A DNA stretch of 64,000 nt from Flavobacteriales bacterium 33_180_T64 (GCA_002162685.1 MAAQ01000023.1:4259-68258); one strand, 5' to 3'; shown: positions 1 to 10,541, counted from the stretch's first letter. The notes: a model not told the origin generated them from the sequence alone. Translations and numbers: made by a program.

Positions 1-1
1 G

Positions 2-352
2 GCAAGACGGGATACTTTAACAAAAGAAGTGGTTCCAATGTCGGATTTGGTTTCAACAGTAGATACGCTTTTAAAAACAATTCAAAAAGAATTATTTAGT
101 AAAGCACTTAATTATAGAGATACCCATATTACCAAAGTTGATGATTTTGAAACCTTTAAAACAGTATTAGAAACTAAAACTGGTTTTATCTCTGCACATT
201 GGGACGGAACAGCAGCTACAGAACAGAAAATAAAAGAGCTTACAAAAGCAACTATTAGATGTATTCCTATGGATGCCGAAATAGAGGATGGCGTCTGTGT
301 TTATACGGGAAACCCTTCAACTAAAAGAGTGTTATTTGCGAAAGCATATTAA
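2..352 (+). CDS. proS: Prolyl-tRNA synthetase, C-terminal part (5' truncated by window edge)
   Basis: Frame is open from base 2 (ARRDTLTKE...). Contains AHWDGT and ATIRCIP and ends RVLFAKAY, typical of the eukaryote/archaea-type ProRS C-terminus used by Bacteroidota. Confidence 0.93.
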   Translation, partial: ARRDTLTKEVVPMSDLVSTVDTLLKTIQKELFSKALNYRDTHITKVDDFETFKTVLETKTGFISAHWDGTAATEQKIKELTKATIRCIPMDAEIEDGVCVYTGNPSTKRVLFAKAY

Positions 353-380
353 ATTTTTTTAAAAAAAGTTTATCTAGGTG

Positions 381-410
381 TTGCAACATTTAAAAATAGT
401 TGTATTTTTG
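381..410 (+). promoter_or_regulatory. Bacteroidota housekeeping promoter for tRNA-Glu/rpsT
   Basis: TTG at 381-383, 19-nt spacer, TATTTTTG at 403-410 (TAnnTTTG consensus). Confidence 0.7.
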
Positions 411-496
411 CATCCGCAATGAGTAATTGCTTGTTCATTTGAAAAGCGGTTTTATAAGAATTAAAATTATGAAACTGTTAATGAGATAACTCAAAT

Positions 497-568
497 GGCC
501 CGTTCGTCTATCGGCTAGGACGCATGGTTTTCATCCATGTAAGAGGGGTTCGATTCCCCTACGGGCTA
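497..568 (+). tRNA. tRNA-Glu (anticodon TTC)
   Basis: Acceptor stem GGCCCGT/ACGGGCT, anticodon arm CATGG-TT-TTC-AT-CCATG, T-loop GGTTCGATTCC. 72 nt, CCA not encoded. Confidence 0.97.
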
Positions 569-594
569 CAATTTTTTAATAAGAAGAAAACACA

Positions 595-849
595 ATGGCA
601 AATCATAAGTCAGCATTAAAAAGAATCAGAAGTAACGAGTCAAAACGTTTACGTAACAGATATCAACATAAAACAACTCGTGGAGCGATCAAGAGATTAC
701 GCGACATGGAAAAAGCTAAAGACGCAAAAGAATATTTGCCTGCAGTTATTTCAATGATTGATAAATTAGCTAAGAGCAATGTTATTCATGATAACAAAGC
801 GTCTAATTTGAAGTCTAAGTTGACTAAGTATGTTGCTTCCCTAAGCTAA
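595..849 (+). CDS. rpsT: 30S ribosomal protein S20
   Basis: MANHKSALKRIR...IHDNKASNLKSKL, the S20 signature. Confidence 0.98.
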   Translation: MANHKSALKRIRSNESKRLRNRYQHKTTRGAIKRLRDMEKAKDAKEYLPAVISMIDKLAKSNVIHDNKASNLKSKLTKYVASLS

Positions 850-873
850 CAAGAACTTATAATTAAAATTATA

Positions 874-903
874 AAGGCTTCTCTATACGAGAAGCTTTTT
901 TTG
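874..903 (+). terminator. Intrinsic terminator after rpsT
   Basis: AAGGCTTCTC-TATAC-GAGAAGCTTT hairpin followed by a T run. Confidence 0.8.
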
Positions 904-928
904 TTCACCAAATTCTTTTTGAGAAGTG

Positions 929-980
929 ATAAAGCATAAAAAAGCCCTTAATTATAATTAAGGGCTTTTTTATGCTTTAT
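929..980. terminator. 52-bp perfect palindrome, terminator downstream of rho
   Basis: ATAAAGCATAAAAAAGCCCTTAATTATAATTAAGGGCTTTTTTATGCTTTAT equals its own reverse complement. Confidence 0.8.
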
Positions 981-991
981 GAGGTGTTGTA

Positions 992-2674
992 TTACCCATT
1001 CATAGACACTAAGAACTCTTCATTGTTTCTTGTTTGCTTAAACCTGTCATTGATAAATTCCATAGCTTCTACAGGATTCATATCTGCAAGATATTTACGC
1101 ATTACCCACATTCTTTGAATGGTTGTTGCGTCTAATAAAATATCATCACGACGTGTGCTTGAAGATGTTAAATCAATTGCAGGGAAAATACGACGATTAG
1201 AAATCTTACGATCTAATTGTAACTCCATATTACCAGTACCTTTAAACTCTTCGAAAATAACTTCATCCATTTTTGAACCTGTTTCAGTTAAAGCAGTAGC
1301 AATTATTGTTAATGAACCTCCATTTTCAATATTACGAGCAGCACCAAAGAAACGTTTTGGTTTATGAAGTGCATTTGCATCAACACCACCACTTAATATT
1401 TTACCTGATGCTGGTTGAACGGTATTATATGCTCTTGCAAGACGTGTAATTGAATCTAATAAGATAACGACATCATGACCACATTCTACAAGTCGTTTAG
1501 CCTTTTCTAATACAATATTAGCGATCTTAACATGCTCATGCGCTTCTTTATCAAATGTTGAAGCAATAACTTCACCACGAACATTACGTTGCATATCTGT
1601 TACCTCTTCAGGACGTTCATCAATTAATAAAATCATTTGATAAACTTCAGGATGATTTGCAGCAATGGCATTAGCAACATCTTTCAATAACATGGTTTTA
1701 CCAGTTTTAGGCTGCGAAACAATCATACCACGTTGTCCTTTTCCAATAGGAGAAAACAAATCCATAATACGCGTAGAAATGGTACTTTGTTTATCTGCGA
1801 TATTAAATTTTTCTTGTGGGAATAAGGGAGTTAAGTGTTCAAAAGAAACACGATCTCTAACCACCTCAGGGTTTTGGCCATTTATTTTACTAACTTTAAT
1901 TAAAGGAAAGTATTTCTCTCCTTCTTTAGGTGGTCTAACATGACCTAAAACAGTATCTCCAGTTTTTAATCCGAATAAGCGAATTTGTGATTGAGATACA
2001 TAAATATCATCTGGTGATGATAAATAGTTATAATCTGACGAACGTAGAAAGCCATAACCATCTTGCATGATGTCTAAAACACCTTCGCTTTCTATGATGG
2101 CATCAAATTCAAAATCTGGTTCTCTATAACGGTTACGATTGTCTTTGTTACCGTTGTTTTTATGTTGATTACCATTATTGTCTTTAGAACGCGGATTGTT
2201 CTGTTTTTTATTATCGTTATTCTTTTGACGCGGATTTGGTTTGTTGTCATTAGAATTTTTAGGTCGATTATCCTTACCTTGATTATTTCTTGGAGCTTTA
2301 GGTTTCTCCTCTTTGTCCTCGTTAGATTTACTTTGAGGAGATTTCTCGTTTTGAGGAGATTTCTCGTCTTTTTTATCTGCTTTATCTGCTTTATCTGCCA
2401 GTTCCATTTTTTGTTGAACTGGTGGCTTTTGATCTGGTTTCTTCTGAACGCGTGCTCTGGGTTTTTTTTGTTGAGCTGGTTTGATCTGTTCAGCTTTAGG
2501 TTCCTCCTTGACAACTTCTTTTTTTATAGCATCTGGATTTGCTGCTTGGAAGTCTAAGATTTGATAAACAAGATCTAGTTTTTTTAATGTACGATATTTA
2601 GGTACATTTAATTTTTGAGCTATATCCTGAAGTTCAGGAAGCTTCTTGGCTTTTAATTCGGAAATTTCGAACAT
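992..2674 (-). CDS. rho: Transcription termination factor Rho with long low-complexity N-terminal insertion
   Basis: RNA-binding domain GYGFLRS...[10 protein letters not shown], Walker A-like [25 protein letters not shown]. Confidence 0.98.
   Translation of the reverse strand: MFEISELKAKKLPELQDIAQKLNVPKYRTLKKLDLVYQILDFQAANPDAIKKEVVKEEPKAEQIKPAQQKKPRARVQKKPDQKPPVQQKMELADKADKADKKDEKSPQNEKSPQSKSNEDKEEKPKAPRNNQGKDNRPKNSNDNKPNPRQKNNDNKKQNNPRSKDNNGNQHKNNGNKDNRNRYREPDFEFDAIIESEGVLDIMQDGYGFLRSSDYNYLSSPDDIYVSQSQIRLFGLKTGDTVLGHVRPPKEGEKYFPLIKVSKINGQNPEVVRDRVSFEHLTPLFPQEKFNIADKQSTISTRIMDLFSPIGKGQRGMIVSQPKTGKTMLLKDVANAIAANHPEVYQMILLIDERPEEVTDMQRNVRGEVIASTFDKEAHEHVKIANIVLEKAKRLVECGHDVVILLDSITRLARAYNTVQPASGKILSGGVDANALHKPKRFFGAARNIENGGSLTIIATALTETGSKMDEVIFEEFKGTGNMELQLDRKISNRRIFPAIDLTSSSTRRDDILLDATTIQRMWVMRKYLADMNPVEAMEFINDRFKQTRNNEEFLVSMNG
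2332..2398. repeat. In-frame tandem repeats inside the Rho insertion
   Basis: TTTGAGGAGATTTCTCGT x2 (2332-2367) and TTTATCTGC x3 (2372-2398). Confidence 0.9.
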
Positions 2675-2899
2675 GTATGTTTGTACTAATTAAGTTTATT
2701 CTTTGAAATGGATTAGTTTCTTACTTTTTCTGATAAAATATGATAACGAGAAAAATTTGAAAAAAATCTGAAGATTTAATAACCTGTTACACTGTAGATA
2801 ACACATTATTAATGCAATAATACAATTTTATTTTTAAAAATTAATACTACTTTTAAAAAAGAAACTATTAATTTTGTGCTTCATTATTGATAATTATAA

Positions 2900-3310
2900 A
2901 TGATTCAACGTATACAATCTATATATCTTTTACTAGCAGCAATAGTTTCTGCTGGTTTAATATTTGTATTTCATTTGTGGACAAACAACGAAGATGTACC
3001 AGTTTTTGCTAAAGAGGACTACTTATATTTAGGTTTGTTTTTAGGTTCTGCTTTACTATCTTTGATTTCAGTTTTTTGTTTTAAAAATAGAAAGTTTCAA
3101 TTCGTTTTGGGACGACTCAATATAATATTAAACTTTATTTTATTAGGATTTTTTGTATATCAATCGCTAAACGTATCTGGAGAAGCAAATGTTTCTGAGA
3201 AAGGTATTGGGATTCTTCTACCTATTTTATCTATCGTGTTTTTGGTGTTAGCCAATAAGGCCATAAAAAAGGATGAAGAACTTGTAAAATCTGTCGATAG
3301 ATTACGATAA
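2900..3310 (+). CDS. DUF4293 family membrane protein
   Basis: MIQRIQSIYLL start and AIKKDEELVKSVDRLR end, with four hydrophobic segments. Confidence 0.85.
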   Translation: MIQRIQSIYLLLAAIVSAGLIFVFHLWTNNEDVPVFAKEDYLYLGLFLGSALLSLISVFCFKNRKFQFVLGRLNIILNFILLGFFVYQSLNVSGEANVSEKGIGILLPILSIVFLVLANKAIKKDEELVKSVDRLR

Positions 3311-3338
3311 AACCTATTATCTTAATTATTTAGTGCGT

Positions 3339-3368
3339 AAACCCAAGGTGAAGATCTTGGGTTTTTTT
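3339..3368. terminator. Bidirectional terminator
   Basis: AAACCCAAG-GTGAAGAT-CTTGGGTTTTTT between convergent genes. Confidence 0.7.
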
Positions 3369-3385
3369 ATGATTTTACTTTTTAA

Positions 3386-3880
3386 CTAACGTTTAGGAAA
3401 CTCAATAACTTCGAGGTTTTCAATTTTGCGACCATCAATAGTAAATCGTAACATCGTTCTCATATTATGAAAACCATGTTTGCCAACTGCGCCAGGGTTC
3501 ATATGAATTAAATTATAACGTTTATCTGGCATAACTTTTAGAATGTGAGAATGCCCACAAATAAAAATACGAGGTGGATTTTCTTTAATCAAATCGCGTG
3601 TTCTCATATTATATTTTGGAGGATAGCCGCCAATATGCGTCATCCATACATCAACGTCTTCACACATAAATCGATTATGCTCTGGGAATTCAACTCTAGC
3701 TTTGTCATCGTCAATATTTCCATAAACAGCACGTAATGGTTTTAATGCTTTGATGGTATCTGTAACGTTTAAATCTCCAATATCTCCTGCATGCCAAACT
3801 TCATCGGCTTGTTTGACGTGTTTTAAAATGGCATCATCTATGTAACTATGTGTATCAGAAAGTAAAAGGATTTTTGTCAT
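3386..3880 (-). CDS. YfcE/MJ0936-type metallophosphoesterase
   Basis: SDTH, HAGD, GNID, GHSH and NPG motifs. Confidence 0.9.
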   Translation of the reverse strand: MTKILLLSDTHSYIDDAILKHVKQADEVWHAGDIGDLNVTDTIKALKPLRAVYGNIDDDKARVEFPEHNRFMCEDVDVWMTHIGGYPPKYNMRTRDLIKENPPRIFICGHSHILKVMPDKRYNLIHMNPGAVGKHGFHNMRTMLRFTIDGRKIENLEVIEFPKR

Positions 3881-3999
3881 AAGACTGTTCTGGTTTTTGT
3901 TTTATGTGTTTTCCGAAGAAAACCTTTTAATTATGTTAATGGCAATTAATAAGTGCTTAAAACATTTATCTTTGTGTTTTCACAAAAGTAAGGTTTCTA

Positions 4000-4749
4000 T
4001 TGCGTTTTTTTATCGAAATATCATATAACGGAAAAGCATATCACGGTTGGCAAAATCAACCAGATGCAATCTCTGTACAAGAGGTTTTAGAAAAAGGATT
4101 ATCTCTACTTTTAAGACAAGATATAGCTGTTGTTGGTGCAGGAAGAACAGATGCAGGAGTACATGCATCACAACTATTTGCGCATTTTGATTTTAAGGAC
4201 GACTTACCTAAAAATTTTATTTTCAAACTCAATTCTTTTCTGCCAAATGATATTTCCGTTAAGGCTATTTTTAGAGTTAAAGCAGATGCTCATGCACGTT
4301 TTAATGCGTTGAGTAGAACTTATAATTATAGGATCTCAACGCGTAAAAATGTATTTAATTTTGATTATGCTTATGCATTACAAAAGGAGTTGAATGTTGA
4401 GCTTATGCAAAAAGCTTGCGACATTCTATTACAGTATAACGATTTTCAATGCTTTTCAAAAGTAAATACAGATGTAAAAACGTATAATTGTAAACTCATG
4501 CAGGTTAAATGGATTAAGAAAGATGACGAATTAGTTTTTATTATAAAAGCAGATCGCTTTTTGAGAAATATGGTTCGTGCAATTGTAGGAACGCTTATAA
4601 ATATTGGTTTAGGTAAAATTGAACTAGAAAAATTACATGATATTATTGTATCTAAAAATAGGAGTGAAGCAGGGTTTTCTGTGCCAGCTCATGGGTTATA
4701 TCTTGTAAATATTGAATATCCAAATCATATAAAATTGTCTGATAACTAA
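4000..4749 (+). CDS. truA: tRNA pseudouridine(38-40) synthase
   Basis: GAGRTDAGVHA, HARF, FLRNMVR motifs. TTG start. Confidence 0.96.
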   Translation: MRFFIEISYNGKAYHGWQNQPDAISVQEVLEKGLSLLLRQDIAVVGAGRTDAGVHASQLFAHFDFKDDLPKNFIFKLNSFLPNDISVKAIFRVKADAHARFNALSRTYNYRISTRKNVFNFDYAYALQKELNVELMQKACDILLQYNDFQCFSKVNTDVKTYNCKLMQVKWIKKDDELVFIIKADRFLRNMVRAIVGTLINIGLGKIELEKLHDIIVSKNRSEAGFSVPAHGLYLVNIEYPNHIKLSDN

Positions 4750-6516
4750 ATGGAAAATAAAAAGACTAAAGCCTTTGATCTTACATTATTTAAGCGTTTG
4801 ATGCAATACATTCAACCGTATAGGTTAGTGTTTTTAGGTTCTTTAATATGCGTTATTGGCCTTGCTGTTTTTGGAGCATTACGACCTTTGGTATTACAAA
4901 AAGCGATTGACGAGCATGTTGTTTTAAAGACGTATGATGGATTTTTGTTTTTGATTCTAGTAATGCTTGCTCTACTTGTTTTAGAATTCGTTAGTCAATT
5001 GTTATTTATATATTATGCCACTTGGTTAGGGCAATCTGTAGTTAAAGATATTAGAGTGAAACTATATAATCATGTGCTTCGTTTTAGAATGAAGTATTAT
5101 GATACGTCTTCTGTTGGTGTTTTAATTACCAGGACGGTAACAGATATGGAACGTATTGCAGATATATTTGGTCAAGGCTTGTTTATGATTTTTAGTGATA
5201 TTTTAAAAATGATATTTGTTGCTGGAGCAATGTTGTATTTAAATTGGAAATTAAGCCTTATTGCTTTTGTAACGATGCCAATAGTATTGTTTGCAACTAA
5301 GGTTTTTCAGAAGTATATGAAACGCGCTTTTGAAGAAGTTCGTAATGAAGTCTCTAATCTTAATTCTTTTGTACAAGAACGTGTCACTGGAATGAAAATT
5401 CTTCAATTGTTTACAAGAGAGGATACCGAATTTAAAAAGTTTAAAGAGATTAATGAGCGTCATAAAAAAGGATGGTTAAAAACTGTTTGGTATAATTCTG
5501 TATTTTTTCCAATAGCCGATTTATTATCATCTATTACTTTAGGAGCTATTATTTGGGTTGGAGGGTTTATGGTTGTTGTTGGTCAAACGGTTTCAATTGG
5601 TGACTTAACGGCGTATATTATGTTTGTTCCTATGTTGTTTAGACCCTTAAATCAAATCGCAAATAAGTTTAATACCTTGCAAATGGGAATGGTTGCTGCC
5701 GATCGTGTCTTTAAAGTATTAGATACCACATCGCAAATTGATGATTCTGGTTCTGAAATTGTAACAGCATTTAAAGGTGATATTTCATTTAAGGACGTTC
5801 GCTTTTCTTATATAGAAAATGAAGAGGTATTGAAAGGAATTTCATTAGATGTTAATGCCGGAGAAACTGTGGCTATTGTTGGAGCCACTGGTGCAGGGAA
5901 ATCAACTATAATCAATTTGTTAAATCGTTTTTATGATATTAACGATGGAGCAATTTATGTTGATGGTGTAGCGATTAAAAACTTTACTCTAAAATCACTA
6001 AGAACTCAAATAGCGGTTGTGCTTCAAGATGTGTTTTTGTTTGCTGATACAATCTTAAATAATATTACACTTAAAGACCCTAATATTTCAGAAGAAGACG
6101 TTATACAAGCTGCTAAAGATATTGGTATTCATGATTTTATTTCGAGTCTTCCAAATGGGTATCATTACAATGTTAAAGAACGTGGTGTTATGCTCTCTTC
6201 TGGTCAGCGACAATTAATTTCATTTTTAAGAGCTTATGTGACAAATCCAAGTGTTTTGGTGTTAGATGAAGCCACATCATCAGTAGATTCGTATTCAGAA
6301 CAACTCATACAAGATGCGACCGATAAAATCACCAAAGGGAGAACATCAATCGTTATTGCACATCGATTAGCTACAATTCAACAAGCTGATCAAATCATTG
6401 TTATGGACGATGGGAAAATCGTTGAAAAAGGCACGCATAAAGAACTTCTTAAAGTTAAAAATGGCTATTATAGAAAACTTTACGAAGTACAGTTTTTAAA
6501 AGCGGAAGCGGTTTAA
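4750..6516 (+). CDS. ABC transporter, fused permease/ATPase (MsbA/MdlB-like)
   Basis: N-terminal TM domain, GATGAGKST, LSSGQRQ, LVLDEATS. Confidence 0.93.
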   Translation: MENKKTKAFDLTLFKRLMQYIQPYRLVFLGSLICVIGLAVFGALRPLVLQKAIDEHVVLKTYDGFLFLILVMLALLVLEFVSQLLFIYYATWLGQSVVKDIRVKLYNHVLRFRMKYYDTSSVGVLITRTVTDMERIADIFGQGLFMIFSDILKMIFVAGAMLYLNWKLSLIAFVTMPIVLFATKVFQKYMKRAFEEVRNEVSNLNSFVQERVTGMKILQLFTREDTEFKKFKEINERHKKGWLKTVWYNSVFFPIADLLSSITLGAIIWVGGFMVVVGQTVSIGDLTAYIMFVPMLFRPLNQIANKFNTLQMGMVAADRVFKVLDTTSQIDDSGSEIVTAFKGDISFKDVRFSYIENEEVLKGISLDVNAGETVAIVGATGAGKSTIINLLNRFYDINDGAIYVDGVAIKNFTLKSLRTQIAVVLQDVFLFADTILNNITLKDPNISEEDVIQAAKDIGIHDFISSLPNGYHYNVKERGVMLSSGQRQLISFLRAYVTNPSVLVLDEATSSVDSYSEQLIQDATDKITKGRTSIVIAHRLATIQQADQIIVMDDGKIVEKGTHKELLKVKNGYYRKLYEVQFLKAEAV

Positions 6517-7311
6517 ATCTATGACTTCGGTGACTGCTTTTTGATTTTCTAACAGTTGTCTAAAATCACTATCAAAATACATTGCAATAGCAAAAAGGAT
6601 TCCGAAGAATAACATGAAAATTCCTAAGATCACAACAAATAAAAGTGATCTTAATATTATTTCCCAAAAGCTAAGTTGATAAAGGCGTTTTAAAATATAA
6701 GCGCAATATAGCATCATTACAGGGATAAATATCATAGTCATGATACCAGCAGTAATACCAAACATAGCAGATAAAACAATAATAATAGCCGAAACAATTG
6801 ACATCTGGGCTTGCCAATACATAAATACGACTAATAGCTCGGTGTAATTAAATTTGTTTAAACCTATAAATGTAATTCGAGCAATAAGTGCATAAATAGG
6901 AATGTAGAACATCATTAGAATAGATTGATATTCTTGTGCGATACTCATATTTTTTTTCTGAAATTCTTCCTGACCTTTCATAACAAAATTTGAAAAATCT
7001 AAGGCTTCAGGATAGAACTTATTTAAAAATAAAAGATATAAACCTCCAAATGTTAAGGCGAGACCAAAATAGCTTATAGGATTGACATAACGTTTTCTAA
7101 TGCCATTAATATAGCCTTCAATAACAGTTTCTGGCTTTATAAATAAATCATTAAGTGTACGTAAAAGTTTATTGTCGTAATTAAAAAATGTTTCGCTAAT
7201 ATGTTCAAAAAGGTTTTTGAAAGTTAAGCGATTCCTGATCACTTTTCCTCCGCAAATATTACAAAAATCACTATTAGAAATTAATTCAGTATGGCAATTT
7301 TTACAATTCAT
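6496..7311 (-). CDS. DUF3667 domain membrane protein (paralogue 2)
   Basis: N-terminal CKNC...CNIC zinc ribbon, GIRKRYVNP motif, multiple TM helices. Confidence 0.8.
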   Translation of the reverse strand: MNCKNCHTELISNSDFCNICGGKVIRNRLTFKNLFEHISETFFNYDNKLLRTLNDLFIKPETVIEGYINGIRKRYVNPISYFGLALTFGGLYLLFLNKFYPEALDFSNFVMKGQEEFQKKNMSIAQEYQSILMMFYIPIYALIARITFIGLNKFNYTELLVVFMYWQAQMSIVSAIIIVLSAMFGITAGIMTMIFIPVMMLYCAYILKRLYQLSFWEIILRSLLFVVILGIFMLFFGILFAIAMYFDSDFRQLLENQKAVTEVIDLNRFRF

Positions 7312-7323
7312 AGTATTAATTTA

Positions 7324-8115
7324 TTAGGCCTTTTTAATGAGTGTTATAATGATTCCGAAAATAAGTGCTAGGATCATAATGACTATAAATACAAAACCAA
7401 AAGCAATCATTACTAAAAAAAAGTAAGAGAGCGTTTCTAAAAAGCGGGTATTGAAAACACGTTTGAGTATATAAAATAAATACGCGAATGTAAATAGGCT
7501 AACAAATGTAGAAATGACGTAATAGTTAATTCCAAGACATAAAAACAAAATATTTAGTACAGATGTGATAATTACAACTTGAGCTGAATAATATAAATTA
7601 ATAACAAGATGTTCAGTGAAATTAAATTCCCGCTTACCTGCAATCCAATAGGCTATCCATGTGGATATAGCAGAAATAGGGACACTTAATATATAAAAAA
7701 CACTTTGATAATTGTTGTACTGCTCTAGATTAATAGAACTAAAAGGGTTGTTTTTTTGAGATTCACTAGTGTTAAAAGCATCCATAAAAGGAAAATCAAT
7801 ATCTAATGCATCTTTAAAAAAGGTATTCATTAAAAAAACTTGTATTCCTACTAATGTTAAAGAAATGGCAAAATATTGAATAACGCTTATGTGTGTTTTT
7901 CGAGTCCCATTGATAAACTCATTAATAACCGTTTCAGGTTTTGTAAATAGATGAATAAATGTTTTAAAAAATTTATTATCAATGCTTATAAATTCTTCAT
8001 TAATATCTACCCAAATGGTTTTTAATGTCAGGCGATTTCTAATTGTTTTCGCACCACAATTTGAGCAAAAATTAATTTTACTATCGAGAGCTGTATTGCA
8101 GTTTTTACAAGCCAT
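7324..8115 (-). CDS. DUF3667 domain membrane protein (paralogue 1)
   Basis: CKNC...CSNC, RNRLT, LFTKPETVI, FNFTEHLV. Clearly homologous to its neighbour. Confidence 0.8.
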   Translation of the reverse strand: MACKNCNTALDSKINFCSNCGAKTIRNRLTLKTIWVDINEEFISIDNKFFKTFIHLFTKPETVINEFINGTRKTHISVIQYFAISLTLVGIQVFLMNTFFKDALDIDFPFMDAFNTSESQKNNPFSSINLEQYNNYQSVFYILSVPISAISTWIAYWIAGKREFNFTEHLVINLYYSAQVVIITSVLNILFLCLGINYYVISTFVSLFTFAYLFYILKRVFNTRFLETLSYFFLVMIAFGFVFIVIMILALIFGIIITLIKKA

Positions 8116-8898
8116 CTAAGTCAAATCTTTATAAAGTAATGTTGTCAATTCTTGAATATCTTTAAACATAATAAATTCTCCATTTTTTAAATAAGAAATT
8201 TGTCCAGTTTCTTCACTCACAACTAAAGCAACAGCATCTGTTTTTTCGGTAATACCTACAGCTGCACGATGGCGTAAACCAAAACGTTGCGGAATATTTT
8301 TTTCGTTATTTACAGGAAGAATGACGCGTGTTGCTTTCACAATGTTGCTGTCAATTATAATAGCACCATCATGTAGCGGACTATTTTTAAAAAAAATACT
8401 TTCAATGATAGGCTGTGTGACTTTAATATTCATTTCATCGCCAGTATTTGTCAAGAAATCAAGATTATTATTACGTTCTAAAACAATCAAAGCACCTGTA
8501 TTAGTACTTCCCATTTTTTCACATGCATTAACAAGTGCATTAATATCGGTTTCGGCTTCGGCTTCCGTTTTTAAGAATTTCATCTTTTTGAAAAACTTAC
8601 CACGACCACTTAGGTTTGTTGAGCCAACCATAAGTAGAAATTTTCTGATTTCGGGTTGGAATACTACTATTAGTGCAATAATACCTACCTTAATGAAACC
8701 ATCAAAAATACGATGGAGCATAAACATATTTAAAAACTCGGTAACTCTCCAAACTAAATAAATGATAATAATCCCGATAAAAATATTAACCGCAACTGTA
8801 CCTTTTACAAGTTTGTAAACATAATACAGCAAAATAGCAACGAGGAATACGTCTATAAAATCTATAATCCCAAAATCCCAAAATTTGAATTTATCCAA
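8116..8898 (-). CDS. cdaA: Diadenylate cyclase (c-di-AMP synthase)
   Basis: Three N-terminal TM helices, VVFQPEIRKFL, catalytic LHDGA and GLRHRAA motifs. Confidence 0.93.
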   Translation of the reverse strand: MDKFKFWDFGIIDFIDVFLVAILLYYVYKLVKGTVAVNIFIGIIIIYLVWRVTEFLNMFMLHRIFDGFIKVGIIALIVVFQPEIRKFLLMVGSTNLSGRGKFFKKMKFLKTEAEAETDINALVNACEKMGSTNTGALIVLERNNNLDFLTNTGDEMNIKVTQPIIESIFFKNSPLHDGAIIIDSNIVKATRVILPVNNEKNIPQRFGLRHRAAVGITEKTDAVALVVSEETGQISYLKNGEFIMFKDIQELTTLLYKDLT

Positions 8899-8933
8899 TG
8901 TAAAGGTGTTTGTGTAAATTTAACAAAATATGC

Positions 8934-9641
8934 TTAATAAATAAATTCGTTGTTGTCGAATGATATTGTATCTGATTTTGCTTTTAATAATTCTGATTTT
9001 ATTGAGATATAATTTTGAAACGTCATTTTTTTATTGAAATAGAATTCTAAATGAAAACCGATAAAATTATACTTGTTAATAAGGGCGTTTATTTTTTTTT
9101 GAAACTTATCAATGCTAATAATTTCATTTCCAATTTTTATACTTTTGTCGTTATAGATTATTATTGATAAGGTAGATTTAGCATGATAACTAGCCATTTT
9201 AAGATGGTATGCTTCAGGTTTTAAAGTTTGAATTCGAGTTGAATCATTCTCTATATTAACTATTTCGTAAACAACATCTGTAAATTCCAAAAACCCTAAA
9301 TTTTGAATGCTTGTATCATTACAGGTGTAGTAATTTTTTGCAGCTTCATTTTTATGCATTTTAGCATTTCGCTTTTTGTCTTGTAAATATGTTATCTTCG
9401 GAATGGCTTGCCCTAAAGTAAGTCGCTTATCAACATTAATGAGCCAATTGGTCGTGCTTATAATATTTTTTCGGTTGAGTTCAACACTATCTGGTTGCGT
9501 TTCATCGTAAAATAAATAGGCATGAGATACGTCATGAACCTCAATGATTTTAGCGTGCTTAATTTCAGGAAGCTGTAGTGATTTTTCAGTTCCACAAGAA
9601 AGGAAAGTGCTAATGATAAAAAGTAATAATAGAGGTTTCAT
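8934..9641 (-). CDS. Hypothetical lipoprotein
   Basis: Start better placed at ATG 9641 (MKPLLLLFIISTFLSC lipobox), overlapping the folP stop as TAATG. The ORF track starts at 9671. Confidence 0.7.
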   Translation of the reverse strand: MKPLLLLFIISTFLSCGTEKSLQLPEIKHAKIIEVHDVSHAYLFYDETQPDSVELNRKNIISTTNWLINVDKRLTLGQAIPKITYLQDKKRNAKMHKNEAAKNYYTCNDTSIQNLGFLEFTDVVYEIVNIENDSTRIQTLKPEAYHLKMASYHAKSTLSIIIYNDKSIKIGNEIISIDKFQKKINALINKYNFIGFHLEFYFNKKMTFQNYISIKSELLKAKSDTISFDNNEFIY

Positions 9642-10468
9642 TAGTATAATTGTTGCGTTAGTTTGATGCATTCCATTGCTTCTTTGACATCGTGAACACG
9701 TAAAATACTAGCGCCTTTTTGTAAAGCAATTGTATTGAGAACTGTGGTGCCGTTTAGTGCTTCTTTCGAAGAATTGCCTAGTGTTTTATAAATCATAGAT
9801 TTTCTTGAAATTCCAACTAAGGTTGGAATTTCAGAAATTTTTAAAAGCTCTAATTTGTTGAGTAGTTCATAATTTTGTTCGATGGTTTTAGCAAATCCAA
9901 AACCAGGATCAATAATTAGATCTACAATTCCTAATTGTCTAGCAGTAGCTATTCTTTCAGAAAAATAAAAGAGAATATCCTTTACCAAATTATCATAATT
10001 AGTGAGTTGTTGCATCGTTTGAGGTGTTCCTTTCATATGCATCATAATATAGGGAACTCTTAATTTGGCAATTGTTTTAAGCATTTGTTTATCTATATAT
10101 CCTGCCGAAATATCATTTATTAAACTCGCTCCAGCATCAATAGATTGTTGGGCAACATTACTTCTAAAGGTATCTATAGATAATAATACTTTAGGAAAGT
10201 TTTTGATAATGAGCTCAACAATAGGAAGGATACGTTGTAGTTCTTCTATTTCACTTACCTGATTTGCATCAGGTCTTGAGCTGTAAGCACCAACGTCAAT
10301 AAAAGTAGCGCCTTCATTCAACATCGTATCGACTTGCCGTATAATCGAAGATTTATTTCTAAATCGCCCACCATCATAAAACGAATCTGGAGTAACGTTT
10401 AAAATCCCCATAACTTTAGGCTGGTTAAGGTCTATTAATTGTCCTTTACAATTGATGGTTTTACTCAA
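9641..10468 (-). CDS. folP: Dihydropteroate synthase
   Basis: MGILNVTPDSFYDGG, SIDT, DPGFGFAK, SRKS, LRVHDV. Confidence 0.97.
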   Translation of the reverse strand: MSKTINCKGQLIDLNQPKVMGILNVTPDSFYDGGRFRNKSSIIRQVDTMLNEGATFIDVGAYSSRPDANQVSEIEELQRILPIVELIIKNFPKVLLSIDTFRSNVAQQSIDAGASLINDISAGYIDKQMLKTIAKLRVPYIMMHMKGTPQTMQQLTNYDNLVKDILFYFSERIATARQLGIVDLIIDPGFGFAKTIEQNYELLNKLELLKISEIPTLVGISRKSMIYKTLGNSSKEALNGTTVLNTIALQKGASILRVHDVKEAMECIKLTQQLY

Positions 10469-10541
10469 AACTATATAGTCTGGTTAAAGTTTTTAAATCT
10501 GATTAATTTATGCGAAATTTACGGAAAATAAAATGTTTTAA

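Noticed and set aside
413-496. CCGC...GCGG pairing between the promoter and tRNA-Glu as a separate ncRNA
   Set aside because: The stem is weak and best explained as the precursor leader of the tRNA transcript.
2624-2642. TCCTGAAGTTCAGGA in rho resembling the REP-like unit in icmF
   Set aside because: It encodes the conserved N-terminal LPELQD of Rho and lacks the ACAAG loop, so it is coincidental.
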